Positions 39,701 through 52,930 of a stretch of DNA of 64,000 bases are shown piece by piece; within the stretch, counting starts at the first letter, position 1, and each line of letters starts with the position of its first letter. The DNA lies in NCBI GenBank assembly GCA_964187785.1, contig OZ076412.1:14694001-14758000 (forward strand). Direction: 5' to 3'. Under the pieces are notes generated by a model. That model was given only the letters and a program-made list of their open reading frames with translations. It had not been told where the DNA came from and did not search any database. The position numbers were made by a program, and so were the translations under genes. The stretch comes from Amphiscolops sp. MND2022 (taxonomy: Eukaryota).

Positions 39701-42700
39701 CATTAACTCCTCCAAACTACTGAAATGGTTATTGAAAGTGCCTAATAAAATGCTTTTGACAATTTTTCTTGACTCGAAGATGTTCGCTGGATGGCGCTGC
39801 AAAGACCCTTGTGTTGTTCAAGTTGTAAACAAACTCCGATGTTGCGGCAGCTGTTTCCGTTGGAAGAATCGGTTCGTGATATGGATTTGTTGGATAAGGC
39901 GATCGTCGTTTCCACTAACGCAGATGACAGCGGTATTGAAATCTGCAACGTGCGGTGCGTACCACCACAGATCTTGGGACTTTAACCAAGAAATTTTGAA
40001 TTCATCTCGTCTTTTCTCCACGAACGTATATGTCCGGGAATCGATGGCCCGCATCGCATCATTCGCACGTCATGACTATAATCTATTGTGCTAAACCAAC
40101 TTAATAGGAATCGTCCAATGAAATGAAATGCGAATTAGAGAAACTAAAACAAACTTACTTTCCAGCACACTTCAAACGTGCAATAGCTAACGACTATCAT
40201 GCTTCTTTCAATTTCATTTGTTGAATGATTTGGATGCTATTGAAAAATCCACTTGAAAAAAGTTCAATGTAGCGTGAAAAACGTACCACTCGAGGAAAAG
40301 ACCCTTTAGAAATTCTAGTACAATTCTTGGAGTAATAGTACAATTTTCAAGTACTGTTGACAAGAGCTGAATTGCGAGTATTGATCAATTGAGAGTGAAA
40401 TGAATTTGTAAGAAGGAGCACGTCAAACGTGCTCAGTTGATTCCTCTTCATTTCACTTGGTACCATATCCTGCAGCGTGTTGTAGATATTACAATATAAG
40501 TTGCAAGAAAAGGAAACTTCCCTAACGGCCGGACCCATGAATACAATTCGGGTTAGTACACTATAGCTTCATGCAAAAGTTTCTCCCTAGTACACATTCT
40601 CAGTCTTTGTATTACTTGAAAAAACAGTGAGGGAAAATCTAAAATAAAGGATTTAAAGAAACTTGAGCTAACTACGACAATCGTTGCGCAGGGACCTTTC
40701 TCAATTCACATTAAAATACAAATTATCTACATTCTCCAAGTTTAAAATCGTGAAAGAATTAATTGATACACTCTTGGATAGGTCAATGATTATAATGCAC
40801 GTAGTCGACTTCGTCTTCCTCGTTGTTCTTCATTAACTCCTCCAAACTACTGAAATGGTTATTGAAAGTGCCTAATAAAATGCTTTTGACAATTTTTCTT
40901 GACTCGAAGATGTTCGCTGGATGGCGCTGCAAAGACCCTTGTTGTTCAAGTTGTAAACAAACTCCGATGTTGCGGCAGCTGTTTCCGTTGGAAGAATCGG
41001 TTCGTGATATGGATTTGTTGGATAAGGCGATCGTCGTTTCCACTAACGCAGATGACAGCGGTATTGAAATCTGCAACGTGCGGTGCGTACCACCACAGAT
41101 TTTGGGACTTTAACCAAGAAATTTTGAATTCATCTCGTCTTTTCTCCACGAACGTCTATGTCCGGGAATCGATGGCCCGCATCGCATCATTCGCACGTCA
41201 TGACTATAATCTATTGTGCTAAACCAACCTAATAGGAATCGTCCAATGAAATGAAATGCGAATTAGAGAAACTGAAACAAACTTACTTTCCAGCACACTT
41301 CAAACGTGCAATAGCTAACGACTATCATGCTTCTTTCAATTTCATTTGTTGAATGATTTGGATGCTATTGAAAAATCCACTTGAAAAAAGTTCAATGTAG
41401 CGTGAAAAACGTACCACTCGAGGAAAAGACCCTTTAGAAATTCTAGTACAATTCTTGGAGTAATAGTACAATTTTCAAGTACTGTTGACAAGAGCTGAAT
41501 TGCGAGTATTGAATAATTGAGAGTGAAATGAATTTGTAAGAAGGAGCACGTCAGACGTGCCCAGTTGATTCCTATTCATTTCACTTGGTACCATATCCTG
41601 CAGCGCGTTGTAGATATTACAATATAAGTTGCAAGAAAAGGGAACTTCCCAAACGGCCGGACCCATGAATACAATTCGGGTTAGTACACTATAGCTTCAT
41701 GCAAAAGTTTCTCCCTAGTACACTTTCTCAGTCTTTGTATTACTTGAAAAAACTGAGGTAAAATCTAATATAAAGGAATTGAAGAAGCTTGAGCTAACTA
41801 CGACAATCGTTGCGCAGGAACCTTTCTCAATTCACATTAAAATACAAATTATCTACATTTTCCAAGTTTAAAATCGTGAAAGAATTATTTGGTACACTCT
41901 CGGATAGGTCAATGATTATAATGCACATAGTCGACTTCGTACTCCTCGTTGTTCTTTATTAACTCCTCCAAACTACTGAAATGGTTATTGAAAATGCCTA
42001 GTAAAATGCTTTTGACCGTTTTTCTTGACTCGAAGATGTTCGCTGGATAGCGCTGCAAAGACCCTTGTGTTGTTCGAGTTGTGAACAAACTCCGATATTG
42101 CGGCAGCTGTTTCCGTTGGAAGAATCGGTTCGTGATATGGATTTGTTGGATAAGGCGATCGTCGTTTCCACTAACGCAGATGACAGCGGTATTGAAATCT
42201 GCAACGTGCGGTGCGTACCACCACAGATCTTGGGACTTTAACCAAGAAATTTTGAATTCATCTCGTCTTTTCTCCACGAACGTATATGTCCGGGATTCGA
42301 TGGCCCGCATCGCATCATTCGCCCGTCATGACTATAATATATTGTGCTAAACCAACTTAATAGGAATCGTCCAATGAAATGAAATGCGAATTAGAGAAAC
42401 TAAAACAGACTTACTTTCCATCACACTTCAAACGTGCAATAACTAACGACTATCATGCTTCCTTCAATTTCATTTGTTGAATGATTTGGATGCTATTGAA
42501 AAATCCACTTGAAAGAAAGTTCAATGTAGCGTGAAAAACGTACCACTCTAGCATAAGACCCTTTAGAAATTCTAGTACAATTCTTGGAGTAATAGTACAA
42601 TTTTCGAGTACTGTTGACAAGAGCTGAATTGCGAGTATTGATTAATTGAGATTGAAATGAATTTGTAAGAAGGAGCACGTCAAACGTGCTCAGTTGATTC

Positions 42701-45700
42701 CTCTTCATTTCACTTGGTACCATATCCTGCAGCGCGTTGTAGATATCACAATATAAGTTGCAAGAAAAGGAAACTTCACAAACGGCCGGATCCATGAATA
42801 CAATTCGGGTTAGTACAATATAGCTTCATGCAAAAGTTTCTCCCTAGTACACATTCTAGTCTTTGTATTACTTGAAAAACAGTGAGGAAAAATCTAATAT
42901 AAAGGAATTGAAGAAACTTGAGCTAACTACGACAATCGTTGCGCTGGGACCTTTCTCAATTCACATTAAAATACAAATTATCTACATTTTCCAAGTTTAA
43001 AATCGCGAAAGAATTATTTGATACACTCTTGGATAGGTCAATGATTATAATGCACATAGTCGACTTCGTACTCCTCGTTGTTCTTCATTAACTCCTCCAA
43101 ACTACTGAAATGGTTATGGAAAGTGCCTAATAAAATGCTTTTGACAATTTTTCTTGACTGGAAGATGTTCGCTGCATGGCGCTGCAAAGACCCTTGTGTT
43201 GTTCAAGTTGTGAACAAACTCCGATATTGCGGCAGCTGTTTCCGTTGGAAGAATCGGTTCGAGATATGGATTTGTTGGATAAGGCGATCGTCGTTTCCAC
43301 TAACGCAGATGACAGCGGTATTGAAATTTGCAACGTGCCGTGCGTACCACCACAGATCTTGGGACTTTAACCAAGAATTTTTGAATTCATCTCGTCTTTT
43401 CTCCACGAACGTATATGTCCGGGAATCGATGGCCCGCATCGCATCATTCCCCCGTCATGACTATAATCTATTGTGCTAAACCAACTTAATAGGAATCGTC
43501 CAATGAAATGAAATGCGAATTAGAGAAACTAAAATAAACCAACTTAATAGGAATCGTCCAATGAAATGAAATGCGAATTAGAGAAACTAAAACAAACTTA
43601 CTTTCCAGCACACTTCAAACGTGCAATAGCTAACGACTATCATGCTTCTTTCAATTTCATTTGTTGAATGATTTGGATGCTATTGAAAAATCCACTTGAA
43701 AAAAAGTTCAATGTAGTGTGAAAAACGTACCACTCGAGGGTAAGACCCTTTAGAAATTCTAGTACAATTCTTGGAGTAATAGTACAATTTTCAAATACTG
43801 TTAACAAGAGCTGAATTGCGAGTATTGATTAATTGAGATTGAAATGAATTTGTAAGAAGGAGCACGTCAAACGTGCCCAGTTGATTCCTCTTCATTTCAC
43901 TTGGTACCATATCCTGCAGCGCGTTGTAGATATCACAATATAAGTTGCAAGAAAAGGAAACTTCACAAACGGCCGGACCCATGAATACAATTCGGGTTAG
44001 TACAATATAGCTTCATGCAAAAGTTTCTCCCTAGTACACATTCTAGTCTTTGTATTACTTGAAAAAACAGTGAGGGAAAATCTAAAATAAAGGAGTTGAA
44101 GAAACTTGAGCTAACTACGACAATCGTTGCACAGGGACCTTTCTCAATTCACATTAAAATACAAATTATCTACATTTTCCAAGTTTAAAATCGCGAAAGA
44201 ATTATTTGATACACTCTTGGATAGGTCAATGATTATAATGCACATAGTCGACTTCGTACTCCTCGTTGTTCTTCATTAACTCCTCCAAACTACTGAAATG
44301 GTTATGGAAAGTGCCTAATAAAATGCTTTTGACAATTTTTCTTGACTGGAAGATGTTCGCTGCATGGCGCTGCAAAGACCCTTGTGTTGTTCAAGTTGTG
44401 AACAAACTCCGATATTGCGGCCGCAGTTTCCGTTGGAAGAATCGGTTCGTGATATGGATTTGTTGGATAAGGCGATCGTCGTTTCCACTAACGCAGATGA
44501 CAGCGGTATTGAAATTTGCAACGTGCCGTGCGTACCACCACAGATCTTGGGACTTTAACCAAGAAATTTTGAATTCATCTCGTCTTTTCTCCACGAACGT
44601 ATATGTCCGGGAATCGATGGCCCGCATCGCATCATTCGCACGTCATGACTATAATCTATTGTGCTAAACCAACTTAATAGGAATCGTCAAATGAAATGAA
44701 ATGCGAATTAGAGAAACTAAAACAAACTTACTTTCCAGCACACTTCAAACGTGCAATAGCTAACGACTATCATGCTTCTTTCAATTTCATTTGTTGAATG
44801 ATTTGGATGCTATTGAAAAATCCACTTGAAAAAAAGTTCAATGTAGTGTGAAAAACGTACCACTCGAGGATAAGACCCTTTAGAAATTCTAGTACAATTC
44901 TTGGAGTAATAGTACAATTTTCAAATACTGTTAACAAGAGCTGAATTGCGAGTATTGATTAATTGAGATTGAAATGAATTTGTAAGAAGGAGCACGTCAA
45001 ACGTGCTCAGTTGATTCCTCTTCATTTCACTTGGTACCATATCCTGCAGCGCGTTGTAGATATCACAATATAAGTTGCAAGAAAAGGAAACTTCACAAAC
45101 GGCCGGACCCATGAATACAATTCGGGTTAGTACAATATAGCTTCATGCAAAAGTTTCTCCCTAGTACACATTCTAGTCTTTGTATTACTTGAAAAAACAG
45201 TGAGGGAAAATCTAATATAAAGGAATTGAAGAAACTTGAGCTAACTACGACAATCGTTGCGCTGGGACCTTTCTCAATTCACATTAAAATACAAATTATC
45301 TACATTTTCGAAGTTTAAAATCGCGAAAGAATTATTTGATACACTCTTGGATAGGTCAATGATTATAATGCACATAGTCGACTTCGTACTCCTCGTTGTT
45401 CTTCATTAACTCCTCCAAACTACTGAAATGGTTATGGAAAGTGCCTAATAAAATGCTTTTGACAGTTTTTCTTGACTGGAAGATGTTCGCTGCATAGCGC
45501 TGCAAAGACCCTTGTGTTGTTCAAGTTGTGAACAAACTCCGATATTGCGGCAGCAGTTTCCGTTGGAAGAATCGGTTCGTGATATGGATTTGTTGGATAA
45601 GGCGATCGTCGTTTCCACTAACGCAGATGACAGCGGTATTGAAATTTGCAACGTGCCGTGCGTACCACCACAGATCTTGGGACTTTAACCAAGAAATTTT

Positions 45701-48700
45701 GAATTCATCTCGTCTTTTCTCCACGAACGTATATGTCCGGGAATCGATGGCCCGCATCGCATCATTCGCACGTCATGACTATAATCTATTGTGCTAAACC
45801 AACTTAGTAGGAATCGTCCAATGAAATGAAATGCGAATTAGAGAAACTAAAACAAACTTACTTTCCAGCACACTTCAAACGTGCAATAGCTAACGACTAT
45901 CATGCTTCTTTCAATTTCATTTGTTGAATGATTTGGATGTTATTGAAAAATCCATTTGGAAATAGTTCAATGTAGCGTGAAAAACGTACCACTCGAGGAA
46001 AAGACCCTTTAGAAATTCTAGTACAATTCTTGGAGTAATAGTACAATTTTCAAGTACTGTTGACAAGAGCTGAATTGCGAGTATTGATTGAGAGTGAAAT
46101 GAATTTGTAAGAAGGAGCACGTCAAACATGCCCAGTTGATTCCTCTTCATTTCACTTGGTACCATATCCTGCAGCGCGTTGTAGATATTACAATGTAAGT
46201 TGCAAGGAAACTTCCCAAACGGCCGGACCCATGAATACAATTCGGGTTAGTACAATATAGCTTCATGCAAAAGTTTCTCCCTAGTACTCATTCTCAGTCT
46301 TTGTATTACTTGAAAAAACAGTGAGGGAAAATCTAATATAAAGGAATTGAAGAAGCTTGAGCTAACTACGACAATCGTTGCGCAGGGACCTTTCTCAATT
46401 CACATTAAAATACAAATTATCTACATTTTCCAAGTTTAAAATCGTGAAAGAATTATTTGGTACACTCTCGGATAGGTCAATGGTTATAATGCACATAGTC
46501 GACTTCGTACTCCTCGTTGTTCTTTAATAACTACTCCAAACTACTGAAATGGTTATTGAAAGTGCCTAATAAAATGCTTTTGACCATTTTTCTTGACTCG
46601 AAAATGTTCGCTGGATGGCGCTGCAAAGACCCTTGTGTTGTTCAAGTTGTGAACAATCTCCGATATTGCGGCAGCTGTTTCCGTTGGAAGAATCGGTTCG
46701 TGATATGGATTTGTTGCATAAGGCGATCGTCGTTTCCACTAACGCAGATGACAGCGGTATTGAAATTTGCAACGTGCCGTGCGTACCACCACAGATCTTG
46801 GGACTTTAACCAAGAAATTTTGAATTCATCTCGTCTTTTCTCCACGAACGTATATGTCCGGGAATCGATGGCCCGCATCGCATCATTCGCACGTCATGAC
46901 TATAATCTATTGTGCTAAACCAACTCAATAGGAATCGTCCAATGAAATGAAATGCGAATTAGAGAAACTAAAACAAACTTACTTTCCACCACACTTCAAA
47001 CGTGCAATAGCTAACGACTATCATGCTTCTTTCAATTTCATTTGTTGAATGATTTGGATGCTATTGAAAAATCCACTTGAAAAAAAGTTCAATGTAGTGT
47101 GAAAAACGTACCACTCGAGGGTAAGACCCTTTAGAAATTCTAGTACAATTCTTGGAGTAATAGTACAATTTTCAAATACTGTTAACAAGAGCTGAATTGC
47201 GAGTATTGATTAATTGAGATTGAAATGAATTTGTAAGAAGGAGCACGTCAAACGTGCCCAGTTGATTCCTCTTCATTTCACTTGGTACCATATCCTGCAG
47301 CGCGTTGTAGATATCACAATATAAGTTGCAAGAAAAGGAAACTTCACAAACGGCCGGACCCATGAATACAATTCGGGTTAGTACAATATAGCTTCATGCA
47401 AAAGTTTCTCCCTAGTACACATTCTAGTCTTTGTATTACTTGAAAAAACAGTGAGGGAAAATCTAATATAAAGGAATTGAAGAAACTTGAGCTAACTACG
47501 ACAATCGCTGCGCTGGGACCTTTCTCAATTCACATTAAAATACAAATTATCTACATTTTCGAAGTTTAAAATCGCGAAAGAATTATTTGATACACTCTTG
47601 GATAGGTCAATGATTATAATGCACATAGTCGACTTCGTACTCCTCGTTGTTCTTCATTAACTCCTCCAAACTACTGAAATGGTTATGGAAAGTGCCTAAT
47701 AAAATGCTTTTGACAGTTTTTCTTGACTGGAAGATGTTCGCTGCATAGCGCTGCAAAGACCCTTGTGTTGTTCAAGTTGTGAACAAACTCCGATATTGCG
47801 GCAGCAGTTTCCGTTGGAAGAATCGGTTCGTGATATGGATTTGTTGGATAAGGCGATCGTCGTTTCCACTAACGCAGATGACAGCGGTATTGAAATTTGC
47901 AACGTGCCGTGCGTACCACCACAGAGCTTGGGACTTTAACCAAGAAATTTTGAATTCATCTCGTCTTTTCTCCACGAACGTATATGTCCGGGAATCGATG
48001 GCCCGCATCGCATCATTCGCACGTCATGACTATAATCTATTGTGCTAAACCAACTTAGTAGGAATCGTCCAATGAAATAAAATGCGAATTAGAGAAACTA
48101 AAACAAACTTACTTTCCAGCACACTTCAAACGTGCAATAGCTAACGACTATCATGCTTCTTTCAATTTCATTTGTTGAATGATTTGGATGTTATTGAAAA
48201 ATCCATTTGGAAAAAGTTCAATGTAGCGTGAAAAACGTACCACTCGAGGAAAAGACCCTTTAGAAATTCTAGTACAATTCTTGGAGTAATAGTACAATTT
48301 TCAAGTACTGTTGACAAGAGCTGAATTGCGAGTATTGATTGAGAGTGAAATGAATTTATAAGAAGGAGCACGTCAAACATGCCCAGTTGATTCCTCTTCA
48401 TTTCACTTGGTACCATATCCTGCAGCGCGTTGTAGATTTTACAATGTAAGTTGCAAGGAAACTTCCCAAACGGCCGGACCCATGAATACAATTCGGGTTA
48501 GTACAATATAGCTTCATGCAAAAGTTTCTCCCTAGTACTCATTCTCAGTCTTTGTATTACTTGAAAAAACAGTGAGGGAAAATCTAATATAAAGGAATTG
48601 AAGAAGCTTGAGCTAACTACGACAATCGTTGCGCAGGGACCTTTCTCAATTCACATTAAAATACAAATTATCTACATTTTCCAAGTTTAAAATCGTGAAA

Positions 48701-50258
48701 GAATTATTTGGTACACTCTCGGATAGGTCAATGGTTATAATGCACATAGTCGACTTCGTACTCCTCGTTGTTCTTTAATAACTACTCCAAACTACTGAAA
48801 TGGTTATTGAAAGTGCCTAATAAAATGCTTTTGACCATTTTTCTTGACTCGAAAATGTTCGCTGGATGGCGCTGCAAAGACCCTTGTGTTGTTCAAGTTG
48901 TGAACAATCTCCGATATTGCGGCAGCTGTTTCCGTTGGAAGAATCGGTTCGTGATATGGATTTGTTGGATAAGGCGATCGTCGTTTCCACTAACGCAGAT
49001 GACAGCGGTATTGAAATTTGCAACGTGCCGTGCGTACCACCACAGATCTTGGGACTTTAACCAAGAATTTTTGAATTCATCTCGTCTTTTCTCCACGAAC
49101 GTATATGTCCGGGAATCGATGGCCCGCATCGCATCATTCCCCCGTCATGACTATAATCTATTGTGCTAAACCAACTTAATAGGAATCGTCCAATGAAATG
49201 AAATGCGAATTAGAGAAACTAAAACAAACTTACTTTCCAGCACACTTCAAACGTGCAATAGCTAACGACTATCATGCTTCTTTCAATTTCATTTGTTGAA
49301 TGATTTGGATGCTATTGAAAAATCCACTTGAAAAAAAGTTCAATGTAGTGTGAAAAACGTACCACTCGAGGGTAAGACCCTTTAGAAATTCTAGTACAAT
49401 TCTTGGAGTAATAGTACAATTTTCAAATACTGTTAACAAGAGCTGAATTGCGAGTATTGATTAATTGAGATTGAAATGAATTTGTAAGAAGGAGCACGTC
49501 AAACGTGCCCAGTTGATTCCTCTTCATTTCACTTGGTACCATATCCTGCAGCGCGTTGTAGATATCACAATATAAGTTGCAAGAAAAGGAAACTTCACAA
49601 ACGGCCGGACCCATGAATACAATTCGGGTTAGTACAATATAGCTTCATGCAAAAGGTTCTCCCTAGTACATATTCTAATCTTTGTATTACTTGAAAAAAC
49701 AGTGAGGGAAAATCTAATATAAAGGAATTGAAGAAACTTGAGCTAACTACGACAATCGTTGCGCAGAGACCTTTCTCAATTCACATTAAAATACAAATTA
49801 TCTACATTTTCCAAGTTTAAAATCGTGAAAGAATTATTTGTTACACTCTTGGATAGGTCAATGATTATAATGCACATAGTCGACTTCGTACTCCTCGTTG
49901 TTCTTTATTAACTCCTCCAAACTACTGAAATGGTTATCGAAAGTGCCTAATAAAATGCTTTTGACAATTTTTCTTGACTCGAAGATGTTCGCTGGATGGC
50001 GCTGCAAAGACCCTTGTGTTGTTCAAGTTGTGAATAAACTCCGATATTGCGGCAGTTGTTTCCGCTGGAAGAATCGGTTCGTGATATGGATTTTTTGGAT
50101 AAGGCGATCGTCGTTTCCACCAACGCAGATGACAGCGGTATTGAAATCGACAACGTGCGCTGCGTACCACCACAAATCTTGGGCCTTTAACCGAGAAACT
50201 TTTCATCTCGTCATTTCTCCACGAACGTAGAAGTCCCAGAATCGATGGCCCGCATCGC
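21709..50258. repeat. Tandem array (macrosatellite-like), ~25 units: mostly 1121-1142 bp, with ~1.64-kb long and ~0.85-kb short variants at the left end
   Basis: The anchor CACTTCAAACGTGC recurs about 25 times (22117, 23751, 25332, 26177, 27029, 28675 ... 49243), and near-identical ORFs recur at about 1.13-kb spacing in the ORF track. Confidence 0.97.
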
Positions 50259-52510
50259 ATCATTCGCGCGTCATGACTAGAAACTCTTATTATTGTGCTA
50301 AACCAAGTTAATAGATGGATTCGACCACTTAAATGAAATGCGAGTTAGAGAAACTTTCGCATAAGGATGTTTACCACAATTTTGATCGTTAACAAATTAA
50401 CATGATTACCTTACGTCTTACCCCACTGTTGGTTGGCCTCTTCGATCATACAATAATCTTAAAAAAATCCTTCGACCGTCCTGTCAGTATGTAGATTTCA
50501 GTTGAAAAGAACGATACGTCAAACGGTCACAGTTCATTGATTTTGTTAATGTAGGTGATTCGAATTATATAGAGAGAGTAATGGAAACATTCGTGATATG
50601 GATAACATTCGTAATTGGTTCGTGATATGGATTTGTTGGATGAGGCGATCATCGTTTCCGCCAACGCAGTTGACGACGGTATTGAAATCTGCAACGTGCT
50701 CTGCGTACCACCACAGGTCTTTGGCCTTTAACCCCAGAAGTTCTTTTGCAGAATTCATCTCGTGTTTTCTCCACGAACGTATATGAATTTATCTTGATAA
50801 GTGAAATCTTGATAAATTTAGGATCTGAAAAATAACCTTTTCAACGAGTTGACATCAATGGAATATTCAAAAAGGCAAAATCCTTGGAAAATTTTTCCGC
50901 AAATCAATTCCTTATTTTGAACAATGCGTCTGTTTTTGGAAACTTTTGCAAATATGTGACGTGTCTCACATGCATAGGCGAAGAATTAAATAAGTGAAAA
51001 CTCAAATTACAAGAAACTGAATTAGATACAGCTTGAAAAGAGAAATAATGTAAATAAAATAATGTGGCATCCATCAATGACGACCTTTGGTTCACAACAT
51101 TATCAACTGATACCTAGATCTGCATAGGCTGTTCGGCATTTTTTGGCTAACAAAAGTTACTTGGGAGCGTTTAATTTTAACAGTCAAGCAACCACGCGTT
51201 TTCAAAAGTAGCCCGATCTCGGTGGGAAAAAATCATTAGCTGATTGGACTCCTTCCAGTTTCCAAATGTCAATGAGTGGGCAGTTTTTTTGGTCATAACT
51301 TGAGGTCGGCACTTGTTTGTGTTTCAACTTAATGTATTCTACAATTCTTCCACAGTACGTTATCATGTTTTGTACCGTTTTCTCATCATTCGCGCGTCAT
51401 GACTAGAAACTCTTATTATTGTGCTAAACCAAGTTAATAGATGGATTCGACCACTTAAATGAAATGCGAGTTAGAGAAACTTTCGCATAAGGATGTTTAC
51501 CACAATTTTGATCGTTAACAAAATAACATGATTACCTTACGTCTTGCCCCACTGTTGGTTGGCCTTTTCGATCACACAATAATCTGAAAAAAAATCCTTC
51601 GACCGTCCTGTCAGTATGTAGATTTCAGTTGAAAAGAACGATACGTCAAACGGTCACAGTTCATTGATTTTGTTAATGTTGGTGATTCGAATTATATAGA
51701 GAGAGTAATAGAAACATTCGTGATATGGATAACATTCGTAATTGGTTCGTGATATGGATTTGTTGGATGAGGCGATCATCGTTTCCGCCAACGCAGATGA
51801 CGACGGTATTGAAATCTGCAACGTGCTCTGCGTACCACCACAGGTCTTGGGCCTTTAACCCCAGAAGTTCTTTTGCAGAATTCATCTCGTGTTTTCTCCA
51901 CGAACGTATATGAATTTATCTTGATAAGTGAAATCTTGATAAATTTAGGATCTGAAAAATAACCTTTTCAACGAGTTGACATCAATGGAATATTCAAAAA
52001 GGCAAAATCCTTGGAAAATTTTTCCGCAAATCAATTCCTTATTTTGAACAATGCGTCTGTTTTTGGAAACTTTTGCAAATATGTGACGTGTCTCACATGC
52101 ATAGGCGAAGAATTAAATAAGTGAAAACTCAAATTACAAGAAACTGAATTAGATACAGCTTGAAAAGAGAAATAATGTAAATAAAATAATGTGGCATCCA
52201 TCAATGACGACCTTTGGTTCACAACATTATCAACTGATACCTAGATCTGCATAGGCTGTTCGGCATTTTTTGGCTAACAAAAGTTACTTGGGAGCGTTTA
52301 ATTTTAACAGTCAAGCAACCACGCGTTTTCAAAAGTAGCCCGATCTCGGTGGGAAAAAATCATTAGCTGATTGGACTCCTTCCAGTTTCCAAATGTCAAT
52401 GAGTGGGCAGTTTTTTGGTCATAACTTGAGGTCGGCACTTGTTGGTGTTTCAACTTAATGTATTCTACAATTCTTCCACAGTACGTTATCATGTTTTGTA
52501 CCGTTTTCTC
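50259..52510. repeat. Two-copy 1126-bp tandem duplication (50259-51384, 51385-52510) at the array edge
   Basis: ORFs 50546/51673 and 50904/52031 repeat at an offset of 1127. The junction is TTTTCTC|ATCATTCGCGCG. Confidence 0.93.
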
Positions 52511-52759
52511 AGCGAAACGTCATTTGAAATGAAGTGGAAGACGTTTTTGTCATCAAATAACGACCATTTCCCGCTCTGTTCGGTGTTTTAATTCAACCTA
52601 AGTGTGCATCGCGGTGTTATTCGAGAATCCCTGCAGAATAGAGCTGAACGCGGGCGCTTTCTTACCAATTCTTTGCATGTAAAACAATAGAAACTATACT
52701 CTTTGTGCCTTGGTAACTTTTAGAATAGTTTATTTTGGCTCAAAACGTCATTTTTGAAC

Positions 52760-52930
52760 ATTTCCGGATTAAGGAGGTTACTTCCGGTGCAACTTCCGAT
52801 CCCTTCCGTTTCGCGAATTAAGATAGTACTAGGGTCGCAGGAGACTTTGTGGCTTGACAGTTGGCCAAATGCGCACATGCCACTTTTGTGAAACAGAAAA
52901 AGGAGGCATGACGCATGTTTCCGGTGACGG
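52760..52930 (-). promoter_or_regulatory. Possible promoter of the minus-strand element (cluster of CGGAA/ETS-like motifs)
   Basis: TTCCG occurs at about 52762, 52782, 52794, 52804 and 52919 in a CpG-richer patch, with a minus-strand GTAAGA donor at 52665. Motif evidence only. Confidence 0.25.

Noticed and set aside
22770-50263. Dozens of 60-135 aa ORFs on both strands as a tandem multigene family
   Set aside because: They are overlapping frames of one repeat unit, mostly with non-ATG starts, and have shared stops and frameshifts. They are better explained as one decayed coding relic than as intact genes.
21709-52510. CRISPR-like or rDNA/snRNA tandem array
   Set aside because: Units are about 1.1 kb with no repeat-spacer alternation and no recognisable rRNA, 5S or snRNA sequence, and the context is a eukaryotic intron.
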